Program-made: the position numbers and the translations under genes
From: Iphione sp. A-MEVVRFRX5
Taxonomy: Eukaryota
Assembly: GCA_976226885.1 (NCBI GenBank)
Contig: OZ320313.1
Coordinates: forward strand, 130,882,001-130,946,000
Reading direction: 5' to 3'
Length of the DNA stretch: 64,000 nt
Notes under the pieces: generated by a model
Databases searched by the model: none
What the model was told of the DNA's origin: nothing
What the model saw: the letters and a program-made list of their open reading frames with translations, nothing else
Part shown: positions 12,301 through 25,900 of the stretch, in pieces
Layout of the letters: the number at the start of each line of letters is the position of its first letter
How positions within the stretch are numbered: position 1 is the first letter of the stretch

Positions 12301-12911
12301 GTAAAGGTGGTAAACTTTATTATAAAGATGTTTCACCCCTAAAGGGTTTCCAAATGGAGATATACCTGTGTAATGAACATGTATATTTACGTACCCAGTG
12401 TGGCACACTCCTGACAAGCTCCAGGTGATGAACAATCGGAGGACCATGTGATCTCGAACTCCTGGCGTGGTCGGATCTTGAGCAGGTGGGAGTCGTTGTA
12501 GCTGCCCACCTAAGAAGGAAGGCTCCTGTTAGACTTACTCTATACATGCACAAACACCTGGTCATCTCACGGGGGGAGGGGAGTCAGGGGTAAAACAATG
12601 TGATAATAACACACATAACTATTGGCGCTGAAATTACTAGAATCTGGATAACGATTGCTTTTAGAGGTATAGCGTCTGGCGTTAAGGCACGTTGTACCGA
12701 TCCAATGCTATAAAATAATAATCTGCCCTATCCTCTTTTGCAATATATGTGCCATGTATTTTAAACCAAGCAGACTTAGTTAAACATTAACTTCCTTACA
12801 ATCTCACTATGGAGTTTCATAATTCGTTGAGTCTTGTTTGTTTCTATGTCTGTCTCTATATATCTGTCCGTCGCTGCCTTTCTCTCTCTTCTTCTTTCTC
12901 CCTCCCTTACT

Positions 12912-12973
<62 letters not shown>

Positions 12974-15900
12974 ACTCTGTGTTACACTTACATTCTCATA
13001 ATAGAAGTTAGCACTGCCTAGTGGTCGACGGGCTGTGTAGATGTGGTAGCCTCGGTTACTCTCACCATCCGACGTGAACTGGAACTGTTGGTTGGTGGCG
13101 TCCCGGAAGGTGGCGCGCCGGATACCTTCCAGCATGAGCTGGCGGCGGTTCGCCGCATTCCGGAAGTTCTGACACACGCCATTATAGCTGTCACCGCATG
13201 TTTGCTGGAAAAGTATAATATACACATAACCTTAGCAAGGTAATTTTTGTCACTTAAACATATCTCGACGAACCACAGTCGGCTCACGCTTACCGAAGAC
13301 TCAATAATACGAATATGCTTTATATCCGAATGTCTTCTGAAGGAAACATTTTAATTTTAAACAAACAATTCAGTTTCTCATAAGCGAATAGGCCTTATAA
13401 CAAAACCACCTACAAAGAAACAGACTGTGCAAGTGTGTGCCAATATGAAAGTACAGTAATACTTCTCTCCAACGGTCACCTTTAGTTCCAGTTAGTTTAT
13501 GACCATTGCGGAGAGGTTGTTTAGAGTATGTAATATAGAAATCTGTTTCAATGCCATTTGGCCATAATGGGAGATGACCGCTTGAGAGGGATTACCGTTA
13601 GTAGAGCTCCTACTGTAGTACTTATGATACAGTAGGGACTCTCCCCAAGAGCTTGTCATCTTTGGTTCCAGTAAATTTACGACCATTAAGAGAGGTGACT
13701 ACAGGAGGGAAAGATTAGTGTGCAGACCCGTAGGCATGAATTTTTGTGGGTGGTATCAGAAATTAGAGAGGTGGACTCATGATTAGAAAAGTGGAACTCT
13801 GCCACTTTCTCTTCCTCTCTTTCCCTTTCCTTCTTCTCCTCTCTACCTGCCTCTCTCCTCCATGTCTCCTCCCAGTCGCTCTTTCCTCGTCCCACTGTTT
13901 CCCTCAGACAGACTGTCACCTAGCATATTAACTTTATAAAGAGACTGGGTGGAGCTAATTGCCTTTGTGGGGGGGGGGTAGTATTGGTCGATACCCCCAA
14001 TACCCCCTGGCTACCGGCCTGGTGTGTGTAAGCATACTGTTACAAAGACATATGGCCATACTAAGGCGGTGACCGCAGGAGAGGGCTGGCTATTAGAAAG
14101 GTTGATATTGTACATGCATATGCTAACAACAGTATTAGTAGAATATGTTGTGTACACCACTACTCAAGACTCACCCTGAGGGCATAGTCCAGACCAAGCG
14201 CTGCAGAGTACACCGCGTTTGTAGTGTAGAGGACGTAAGCATCCTGTGTGTATCCTGGTGCCCGCACAATGTCGCGCATGGGCAGTTCACAAGCAGTTCG
14301 AAACCTGGATGACCCCGGGGTCAGTGAACACCCATACACTTCCTCGTAATACTAAAAAGACAAGCTCTCTTATTAGTATATTTTAAGTAAATGCATATTC
14401 TGAATCGTGAATTTCTTACTGTATACATATGTCGCACACGTCTCTTTTTAAGACGGTAGGAGTTTGTGATTATTTCTAATAAGGGCAAGTTTATGGGGAT
14501 ACGTTTGGCATCATGGTTGGGTGCATGTAGAATGATTTAAATCTAAATGGTACAGTCATCAACTTTGGAGATGACATGACATTTCATGATGCTTCCAGTT
14601 GAAATATGAATGAAAACAGATCTATATTAATGACGATGATTCTATTGCTATCCTTACATCATATAAAAAAAGCAAATTGTGCCTATCAATTGAGCTGGAC
14701 GGATATTAAAACGATTAAAATTTAACTTTTTATCCTTTTGTTCTATGTCACTATATAACTCTCTGATGGAAGTTCTATTATGATATCACGAAAGGTAAAA
14801 ATAAAGGGCAATAACCTTCTTTATAGATTTAGTTTTGTGCCACAATATTTCTTTAAATTATTACTCCAATTTAACAACAGTTTATGCATAGATGTCTGAC
14901 ACTTAGGCCCCGTTTCCATTAATTTGGAAGCATGTATGTGCGTAGACATGTGTAGACATGCATATTTTTCAATCACACTGCCTTCATATTTTTAACCTCA
15001 AATTCGCTGCAGCCTCACACAACCTCATGCAACCTCGAAGGACACTCCTGTGCGTGAGGTTGCGTGGGGAAAAATGCATGGTCACGTACATGACACGCAC
15101 ATGCTTGCTTATGAATGGTACCAGCTTTATGTGAACTGGGCCTTAGTCAACATCATAGATGTACAGTGGAACCTCTCTACTATAAAACAGCAAAGGGACT
15201 GACCAAGACTGAGTATTTAAACATGATTATATAGATTTGGTTCTGTTTTCCAGTCTGTCCATAGTGGGGGGTGTCCTTTATAGAGGGTGTCCTTAGTAGA
15301 GGGGTTCCACTGTACTTTTAAGGCTCATAACTATAACTGGATATGTAGGGCTTATTAGCCCATTTTTCTTCCAATAAAAGTAAACGTATAAAAAATGTAA
15401 ATGTAAATTTAGCTTTAACACTCGCCTCCTCGAACCATGGGTTCGCCCTTTGTCCGGCAGGATTCCCTAGGTAGCGGTCAAACGTACTGAGGTCAGCAGT
15501 TTCCACGCCCAGAGTGAGCGCATCGGCGGCCACTCTGTTGACACCCTCAAGGAGGTCAAGGCGATTCGACCAGGTCTCTGACCCGACAAAATGGAACTGA
15601 ATATCCTGAAAGAAAAAGCAACAATAACATCCTCAATACACGGCATTACCCCATACTGGAGTTAGACCCGTAACCGACATATGCGTGTCCGTGTGCATGT
15701 GGGGGTATAGTAGATGCTCACCAATGCGACCAATCAACAATGTGGGCAACCCCATAGATATTACGAGAATATCTCAGACAAGAGGGAAACTCTACAATAA
15801 GGGCAAAAATTTGCAGTCCCAGTGGTAATAGCATTACAGGGCTTTTACTGTATACATATCTACCTGTGTGACACGTTCCACAGCCTTAAGGAAGGCGTTG

Positions 15901-18900
15901 ATGTCCTCTGTCGCTATGAATGTCACAACAACGGTCGCAAGCGGCTTGTCTAGGAGCCTGCGCGCCGCGCGTTCCGCCTGCCCGTTGGAGAGGCGGCCGT
16001 CTCCACCCCCGACCGCCAGGCGTATCGCCTGCGCCACACATATGGCGTTTTCGGCCGCTAGGCGCGTGAACTGGCGGGCTGCGTCATCACCGTAAGTTCC
16101 AGGAGAGTGGACTACCTGTAAAGACACCACGACAGAGGCTGGGCTTGACACAGGATGGTTTGCACGTATCTCTGTCTGTGTGATGTGCAGAAGCACGTGC
16201 TCATAATCCACTTGCATGTAAAGACTGTTGACTCTAACTTTAAAGAGCAAGTCACAGGGGAGACCAAATTTGAATTATACCAAGGATATATTTCATTTAG
16301 AGAGACCAGAGAGGAGACCAGACTGAAAAAAAATTCCTGCTCAAGTCCAAATAAATATCTGTGTTTCTGGTAACCCGACCGACGCATAATAGAGCTACAG
16401 ACATACAATACACCATCTTGTTCCTTAGATCACAAGCTTTCATACGAAATCCAAGCAGTAGATTTGGTGGTTTAGGGCTTTAGAGGTATTATCCAGGTTT
16501 TTTTGTTGGTATGTATATGGTTAAAACAACTGACCTACCCCTACATTTTTTCAATCTGTTACTGGAAACAGATCTTTCTAAGCCTTACACATATACAACT
16601 AAGATCGGCGTATTGGAAATGTACATGATTTAACAATACAGTATTCAGAATCAGCATGTTAAAAATTCTAATTGCAATGTTTTACAGCGCATGTATAATG
16701 TATACACCTAAGTACGTTCCTGAGACCACTTTCCTTACCTGAACATACTCGATCCTGTAATTACGCAGCAGTGCGACGATGGCCCTGGCCAGCTTGTCGT
16801 CGGCCGGTACTGTCCTCAGGAAGTTCGGGTAGCGGTTGCTGTCCTTGAAGGCTGTGGACGTGGCGCCGTACGACAGTTGCGGGATGCCCAGCACGTTCAG
16901 GACGGACGCAACGGCGGCCGACGTATCGCTGTCGTAAGCCCCCACGTACACTTCGATATTATCCGGGTTGATGCGGGTGTTACCTGACTGTACACATAAA
17001 CAGGAAGGTTCAAGCTCATAGCAGTTATAACTCGCCTTCTGGGGGGAATCGACAAAGGCAACGACGTTTTAAGGGCATGTTTGACTAATAACACGTTTAG
17101 TTTCTGTGGTATAAACGTAGGCAGAAGGGCATCTGACAGTTAAGGGCAAAAGTTGATGGCGCCACTAATGATCTTCATTCGGAGTTGCTACGGGGGCTTC
17201 CATACCTTGGTCTGGGTTTCGTTTCCATCCGTTATTTTTTCATCCATGTCTGTATGTAAGTAAAATGCATCCGATTTCCAGGCCCGTAGCCAGGAAGTCT
17301 TGTGGGGGGTATCTCAAATCAGAGAGGTGGAACTCTTAGCTACCGAGGTCGAACTCCTGGTTAGAGAGGTTTTCCTTCCCCCCCCCTCTCTCTTTTCTCT
17401 CCCCCCCCTCTCTCTCTTTTCTCTCCCCCCCCCCTCTCTCTCTTTCTCATGATGCACCCTTGGCTATAGGCCTAGAGAGCTGGAACTCCTGTTTAGAGGG
17501 ATGGAACTCCTGGTAAGAGAGGTATTCCTCCCCCCCCCCTCTCTCTCTCCCCCACCTTCTTCTTATGATATAGCCTTGGCTATAGGCCTAGAGAGGTGGA
17601 ACTCCTGGGTTCTGTGGGGGGTATCGGACGATACCCCCGATACCCCCTTGGCTACGGGCCTGGATTTCCGTACTTTTGCTATGTGGCTTAACACAAGCGG
17701 ACAAAACACACGCATGACTACATCAATGCACACGCACAAGCACACATACACACACGAACAATTCGCCAGCTTCTCGTTATTTTGCACATGCGCGGACACA
17801 TATAGACATTAAAAAAATCACACGTATACATACCGTTAAGGGCAGGAGTCCACTCTGTACGTTAGCCACCAATGTGGCAGCCCGTGTTGGACTGCTGCAC
17901 GTGTCCAAGGCGACGCCACCTAGCGTGACGCCGGGCAGCCTGCCGTGAAAGACGCCCGTCTTGTTGTTGACCCGACCGAGGGCGAAGTTGAAGGCCTCCA
18001 CCAGCTGCCAGCCCTGGTCTCGCTGGATGGGGCCGCAGGTGAAGGGACCGTTGCCCGAAGCGTGCACATCAAACAGGCCTGCGGCCAGAAGTAGAACAGA
18101 TGTATGTATGTACAAGTATGCACGTTTTTATGTACATGTATGTACGTTTGTATGTATACACGCATGTTTATATTAAGTATGTATATATGTAGGGAAGTAT
18201 GTATGTATGTATGTATGGATGTGTGTATGTATGTGTGCATGTATATGCACGTGGAAAGCCTCTGATCGGAACACACTTGCACCTTTTCCAAACTGTCCCT
18301 TATTGAGATTTGTCCCTGTTAGAAACTTATTTTAATATGCAGAAAAGACAATATGTTCTCACTAAAAGTATCCCTATTAGAGACTTCGTTCCTATTGGAT
18401 GCGTGTCGCTAAGGTTGCGTTGGCGTGAAGATAGGCCAGTTTTTTTTGCATGCATGTATGTACATGTATGTATGTTTGCATGTACATGTATGTAGGTATG
18501 TAGGTATTTATGCATACTCTCCCGGACGGTCACCCTTGTTTCAGTCCATCGTTTCATCTTCATTACCGCTATAAAAGGAAATTGTTTTATATGTTTTTGC
18601 TCGCCTTTCAAAGGAGTTAGGTCTGTATCCATGGTGGCAGCATTTTTATTCAGCAAAAATATCTTTGCTCCCCCACACCCACCGAAAGCGTTCAACTGTC
18701 AGACGGACAGTGCCTGGGACAGAGGTGTTCAAAGAGTAACCACTACAAGACCACTCACCTGCCAGCAGAACACTGCCTGGGATGGAGGTGAACTGCTCGT
18801 TCTCCTGAGTTAGGAACTGGCACTGAGTGCAGACTCCGGGACAGTCCGAGCGGGCGTTACTGTAGGACGCTGGCAGCCCCACGTCGGTCACCATCAGCGT

Positions 18901-19925
18901 ACCGTCCCTATAACTACCAATCAGCAGGGCCTCACCATTGGCGCCGTACCTGTAGAGGCCATAACCGCGGTCATGCTGCCTGTCCGAGAAGCGTAAGTTC
19001 ACTCCGGAGGGGTCAGTAAAGGTCACGTCCTGGAGCTTGTTCACGATGAGCTGGACGGAGTCTGGAGAGGATCGGAAGGCCTGACAAACGCCATTGTAGT
19101 TGATGCCACACCTGTAACATAGTTTGTTGAGTAGGTAAAATTAAATGGAGAATAAAATGGTACCTTTACAGATTACAGACTGTTATTGTAAATTGTATAG
19201 AAATAAGTTTTAAAATGTTGCATTGGTAAGAGTCTACAGTGGGACCTGGTAATAGGGTTTGCCCTTATTGTTAAGTGGTTGCATTGGTGAGCGTCTACTG
19301 TACTTCAATAACCCACCTCTCCCTCAGCGCTAGATGGATGGCCTCTACCAGGGCGTAGACAGCGTTGACGGTGGTGAGCACACGTGCGTCCTGCTGGTAG
19401 CTCGGTGCCCGTGTGATGGGCCGGCTGGTTACGTCCACACAGTTCCGCTCGTACCTCGAATTGCCAGGAAGGTTGCACTGGTAGAGTTCCTGTTATACGA
19501 GAGATCCAACATAGATTCATTTATTATGGAAAAATTACTGGGGCGCACTATTTTACATTTTTGCAGTGCTTTTCATTTATTAATGAAAATCCAGTGCAGC
19601 TGCTTCTTTTTCAGTGCCTTTACTAAAATATCACTTAAGATTGAAATGGTAATACCACCAACAAATAGTGCATGCCACAAGGCTTGCTCTGAATAATATT
19701 ATCAACCGCCTGCCGTCAACATTTGTTCCAGTCAATTTTTGACCATTGCGTGAGGTGACTCCTGGAGATATGTACATATAGTTTAGTTACACTACACTTA
19801 TAAAACGGCTGCCAGAAGTAGGCCCCATGCGTTCTAATCACTGTGCATGCCTGAACATTTTAGGGCCAATCACCAAGCTGTTGACAGAAGGGTTTAGATG
19901 AGGGTTAGTATCAGATTACCATTTG

Positions 19926-19969
<44 letters not shown>

Positions 19970-22900
19970 CTCTCCCTTCACTGTAGACAACCAGCAGGCC
20001 CGTAGCCAGGAAGTTTTCTGGGGGGTATCGGACGATACCCCTGATACCCCCTTGGCTACGGGCATAAACCAGTGCAAGGGACAAAGGCCCTTGTGTATAT
20101 ATAATATGGCATTGTGTTCCAGAGCCATTTCACAATAGTGGAAGGTGACAGCTAGTGAGGGGTGGCCATTCGGAGGGTTCCTACTGTACATGATGCTAAA
20201 GGGTTATAGATCATGATGCCTTAAATTAAATTTATATCTATAATGACCTGATAGTACCACTAAATTAGTAAACTCTACAGAGGGAATATGCTCGTAGTAT
20301 GTCCTATTTCTTAGCACCAATGTATTATCTCTTAAGAGAAAAATTCCTAAGTAGCTTTTCTTGGACAGTAAACAACATTTTTTTCAAAATACGCTTTTCA
20401 GTCATAAGAATTCCCTGTTCACCAAGATTACTAACTCACATGAATTTATCGTTGCAATGGGCCACGTGTCATCGGACAGTGTTCGTCAATGGGTTCAAAG
20501 AAAGCTCATCCTTAATAGACGATGTCTCATATTTGGTTCCAAGAGTAGACCTTTCAAGTAGAGGCCTGATTGTAGACGTTCCATGTAGAGTGGTCCCGCC
20601 CCAGCCAACACTTCCAATTCCAGACAATTTCATTGGTTATATGAGAATTGTTGGTTGTGTAAATAGAGCGAAGACCCTCTTAAAGGCCAATTCGTAGAGG
20701 ATACCAACATGGGGGAGACACCAAAATCCCCGGGTCCTGAACATGTCTAATCATATTAATAAACAACTCGTAGGGGAGACCAATCCTGGGGAGAAACCAA
20801 AATCTTCCAGTCCAGAGGTTGCTCTCCTAAACAAGTTTCGACAGTAGATTCTAGTCAAAGCTCCAAGTAGAGCTTCACTCAAACGTCAGTCAGTTGAGAA
20901 GTATTATCAGTTATGCAGCCGTTAATCATGGAGAAACCATTGTATAGTTCTACAAGATATAGTCTATGAGACCTGGTTTGTATTGCTTTCCTTTAGATTA
21001 TTATTATTGTCTATCAGATAATGTTCTCTACAGTTCAGTATCACTTAGCTTTCCCACTTCGAGGGTGTCCCCAATTTTGAGCGATACTTCAAAATTTTAC
21101 AAAGATGCGACTAACAAAATACCTAGAAACTTAAAGATAAAAGGCTTGGTTCCAGCAAAGTAAATTCCAAATTAAAGAGGTGACCCTTGTTCTGTACAGT
21201 AATATGTACAGTAAAAACTCAAATAACCATCCACCCTTGGTTCCAAATAGAAAGTGTGACATTTAGCGGGTGTCTGGAGTTTTGAAAAATAAATTAACTA
21301 TAAATAAAAGTCTTGGTCCTAGTAAAATCTGTCCTAGTCAAAGAGGTAGCCCTTATTCTGTGGTCGCCAAAGACCGAGGTTCTGCTGTACGCGCAACTCA
21401 CCTGATAGGCCTCATTGAACCATGGGTTCACGGCCCCATCCTGCGGCATGCGGCCATCCAGGTACGTATTAAACTCCTGAAGTGTTGGTATGTCTACAGC
21501 AAAAGCCAAGGTGGAGGCTGCCTCAATCATATCCGGCACCCGCTCACTGGCCACGAACACCAGCCCGCTGGCCTCCCGACCGACCCGGGCCTTTGCAGCG
21601 AGCAGCTCCCGTATGACCTGCTCATTCGCAAATACTACAACAATGTCGGTGGAAGAGGCGAGCAGTTTCTGCACCACGTCGTTGGCATCACCGTCAGTGT
21701 CGAGCTCGTAGCTGGAGGTAGCGCAGGTGGTGGTCTTGGTGAGGGCTTTACGGAAAGCCTCGATGCCCGTGCGGCCGTAGACGTTGGGGGTGTTGACGGT
21801 TTGCACGTAGCGCCAGCCCATGTAGTCGACGAACCTGGCCATGGCCATGGCCTGCTTGTCGTCGGAGGGCACGGTGCGGTAGAAGGTGGGGTATTGGTTG
21901 CGATTACTGAGGGTAATGCTGGAGGCGCTGGGACTGATGGCACTGACTCCCAGCTGGCCCAGGATGGAGGCCACCTCCTGACTGATCCCACTGGTGTACA
22001 TGAGCCAACCTTATAAAGAAATGGGAAAGCAAACGGTTAGATACGGGGCTTGAAATACAGACGTCCATTGACAGGAAATCGAAACAGACAGAGAGAGTTC
22101 TAAAATGACAGGTGTTATATGCAGACTCTGTTATATGCATGAGCCAACCTAGAATGAAAAGAATGTAAAGCCGTCATTGGACTAGAATCACAGTATCCAT
22201 TGATAGGAAAGTGAGCACTCAAACAAGAAGGAAAGCAAAACAGACACAGGGCTAGAGGGGTATGTAAACTTTGATACAGTCTGTTGCACATGACTTAACC
22301 TTCACAAAGGAAAGCAAACAGCCAAAGAAAGGAATTAAATAGCAAGTAAACTTTGACAGTATTGTTATAAGAATACAATACAATCGGCCTGTACTTAGTG
22401 AACAGTACCTAAGTACATTCGCAGGAAATATCTAACAAATATCTTCACCAAACTAAATCACAGGAACCTTGTTCAAATGGTGAGGGCTGACTATACATTT
22501 GTACATTTTATGGAAAACATCTCACACTTTGAGCCTGTAGACAAGTATTTCTGTATAATATATTGTATCTATGTTTATCTCTCTTTTGTGTATATAGATG
22601 TGATTGTATATAGACTTTAATGACGATGTACACTGTCAACTGTAATATCCTGGCACCAAATAGGATTACCAGGCTAAATAATGGAATAAAAAAAAGAAAA
22701 AATCTCAGACGACTTTCAGACCTTGTTTCTTTGAATGTGTGTATGGGGTGCGCGTAGGCTGCACATGTGTGATCAAACTATGGTCATATTTGTGTGGTCA
22801 GACGCATTTTAATGCATGTTGCGTGCATGCATGAGTGTGGGGTGCATGTGAAGTACATTGTTTGAAACAATCAGTGTCCATAAAATGCATGCAAAATGCT

Positions 22901-25900
22901 GTGGAAAGGCGAATAAATTTGCGTAGGGCATTGAAGTGTGGCCTGGGGCCTAGCTCAGGATAGGATATACATACAAACCTGCTTAATTTGCATTTGATTT
23001 CCATACGAATACACAAAATTTACACAGTTTTGAGAAAGTTGCCCAGAAAACTGCGCAATATTCATGGTAATGGTTCAGTTTCAAGAACTTTACATAAAAA
23101 ACATACAATTCTCAGTAATGTCTGAGTTACAAGAAATTTACATACAAAAATAAAAACATCGTTAAAACAAATGGTTATTTCTGCATACACCCTGCATTAA
23201 GAGAAAATTGCATTCATAGAAACCTAGTCTGATTCCTACTTTTTGGTGGTGTACAGACATTATTATGTTACATATAATATAACCAATACAGGTAGACGGG
23301 CGACTCCCAGTTAAGGGCAAAATTATCTGACGCTATGAGTGGTGAGCTATGCGTGCGTGGTTTTTGGTTGGAGACCATACACAACACACATGGAAACGAT
23401 CCAGAATGGGAGAACGAGCAGCACTAATTCAATGCCAACCAGGCGGTTTGGGGTTGCAGTGTTTATAGTGTCTACAAGGGTGTGTGGACAAGTATTAGTT
23501 AAAATTAAGTGTAGGCAGGTATCGCCACCTATAAAACTGCGACTAGCAATTCTGCGTAGCTCCTGTACCAACCTTTGATGTCGCTGATGTCCACCAGCCT
23601 GCCGTTGCTGTCTCTCGGCATGACGGCACCAGCGTAGACGGAGGAGGCAAGGTTGGAGGCTCGTAGGGGGCTGGAGCAATCGTCCAGGCCCAGTCCTCCC
23701 AGACGCACGCCATTGAGCGCCACGGGCGCCGATTTATCGTTCACTCTCTGTATGGCGTAGAGGAAGGCCTCTGTGTACTGGAAGCCATCCACGGCTCGTA
23801 GCCCGTCGCACGTGAAGGGCGAGGTACCGGGACGGTGGACGTTGAAGAGCCCGGCCAGGAGAAGGTCGCCGTCCAGGTGAAGGCTGGGCGCCGCCTCGTA
23901 CATGTATACACAGTCCGGGCACACGGGGGCTCCACTGCATGACGCCCGCACGGAACCAACTCGCTGGAGGGCGCCGGCTCCCAAGGTCATGGACGGACGC
24001 CGCTCACCAGAGGGCAGCATGGTGTACTGTACGTCACCGATCTGTCAAAAATACGGACGTCGTTACGTATGGCTGGGTCAGCAACAGAATGACATAGAAA
24101 CCCCTGGAAACAAAAAATTTTCAGTTACAAGGACAACTGAATATATGTACTTGTAGTTATGCTCATAAAGAAACCAAGCATTTATATTGAATAAAAGTAA
24201 TATAAATAACAGTGGAATCGGATGTCCAGTATGAATACTTTTGCAAGAATGCATATTTGCCTATTCACATGGATAGCTCATTCCTGGAGGTAAACTATCC
24301 CTTCAACTGACCAAATGCATACGTATAATTATGCTTGTTTATCAGGACAAGGCAATGCGTCCCAACACAGTGAGAAGGACCATGCAATACATTCGCCTAA
24401 CATCAGGAAAGGTTTCTTATGGAGCCTGCAGAACTGCAGGATTTCAAACTAAGAACCTTTTGTATATGTTCTCATTTCTCAAAGAAACAAAATATCTTCA
24501 TTGACATGAAGCCTTCTCAAATGTCTTCACCTTCAGCATCAACAAATTTAAGTTCCTTGAATGGCCACCCTTTATCAGGCCAATTGTCCTCGTGATCCGT
24601 GTGTGTGTTGTATATTTTTGAAAACCAGACACCGTACACCCATCTCGGAATGAGAGAGAAGGAGCAGTGTCAGTTCTGCATTTCAAGGCTGTTTTCATGC
24701 GTAGTATCTGGTTTTCAAACCGGACCATGCAGGCATGAAGGCATTAACAACAGACCATGGGGAAAAGGGTTTGGTAGGATCTCATCCCTTCAGCCCTTAT
24801 CCTTAGTCAATCGTAGAGGGTTTCAAAGTTGTTCGTAGCTTAGCTGCGTTAGGTAGGGATCTGACATACTAACAATTTCTTTCCCTGTCTACAAAAACAA
24901 TGCATAAAGTAACGTTTATGGCGATATTTTCAAAACACTTCATCATTACAACAGCATCTAACACAGCGTCCGCATCTAATCATATTTTCTAAACTATCGG
25001 AGAACGATACATGTATTATGAATAGAATGGATTTGATCAAGGTCTGCACGTTGTCGGTTAGGTGGCTGTCCTTTGAGGATGTGTCATTTTATATTGATTA
25101 TACTTGCCATAGTGAATGTGTTTGCTCCTGGTGCCCTGTAGAGGATGTCATATCCGTTGACCAGCGCTCCGTTAAGGTAAGGGTCCTCTCTCAGGAACCT
25201 AGTCATCGTCTCGGCCTGGTCCGGGGCGCTGTAGAAGCGCGGACAGACGCTGTTGTAGGTGGAGCCACAGTACTGCTGGAGGGTGCGGTGGAGGGCCCGA
25301 GCCATGGCGCCCACCGCCATCACCACGTACGGAGAGTACGGGTTGGAGGTGAAGCCGGGGGCGGCGGTGATTGCCACCTGGTCGACGTTCTGGCACGGCG
25401 CGCGGTAACCGCGAGGGTTGACCGCTGGGTCTAGATAGCAGGAGAAGGCAGCTTCGTACCACTGCTTCAGCCAGGGGTTACTACTGCTGGAGCTGCGCGC
25501 GTTGAGGGAGGACAGGTAGCGTCGCCAACCGTCGATGACGGGAACTTTCAGCTGCCAGGCCAGCATGCGGAAGTTGTATTTGCGGTCGCCGAGGAGGGCG
25601 CTGGCGACGCCCGGAGCCAGCGTGAGGTCAGGGATGACGAGGTACTCGCTGGCGTCTGTAGATCTGTTCAATGCCGCCAGAAGTTGGTCGAAGTGATTCG
25701 CAGACTGTGCGCTCAGGAGTAACACCTTCGCTTCCGGGCGGGCCTGGAGGGCGGCCAATGGGCCCTGGTAGTCCCCAGGCTGGGTTAGTGCTACCCCTCC
25801 CACACAGAGACCGCCACTGATTCCCACCTGCTGCAGGCCGGACAGGAGCTGAACGGCAGCAGGGGAGCCGTCGTGGAGGAGACGGACGTGGGAGGCGCGC

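Noticed and set aside
20299-20697. Coding-looking intronic segment (132-aa plus ORF; ~55-codon minus frame)
   Set aside because: No recognisable domain; probably a decayed repeat fragment.
21270-22016. 248-aa plus-strand ORF (and similar antisense ORFs at 25018-25434, 15868-16095, 9019-9252, 17961-18176)
   Set aside because: Shadow ORFs antisense to GC-rich VFT exons; no independent motifs.
22009-23573. Intron 10 begins and exon 11 begins with the same AG|GTTGG (and intron 3 ends with ATGGTAG, echoing exon 3's ATGGTCG), suggesting intron gain by duplication
   Set aside because: Matches of only 5-7 nt that overlap the splice consensus; indistinguishable from proto-splice-site chance.
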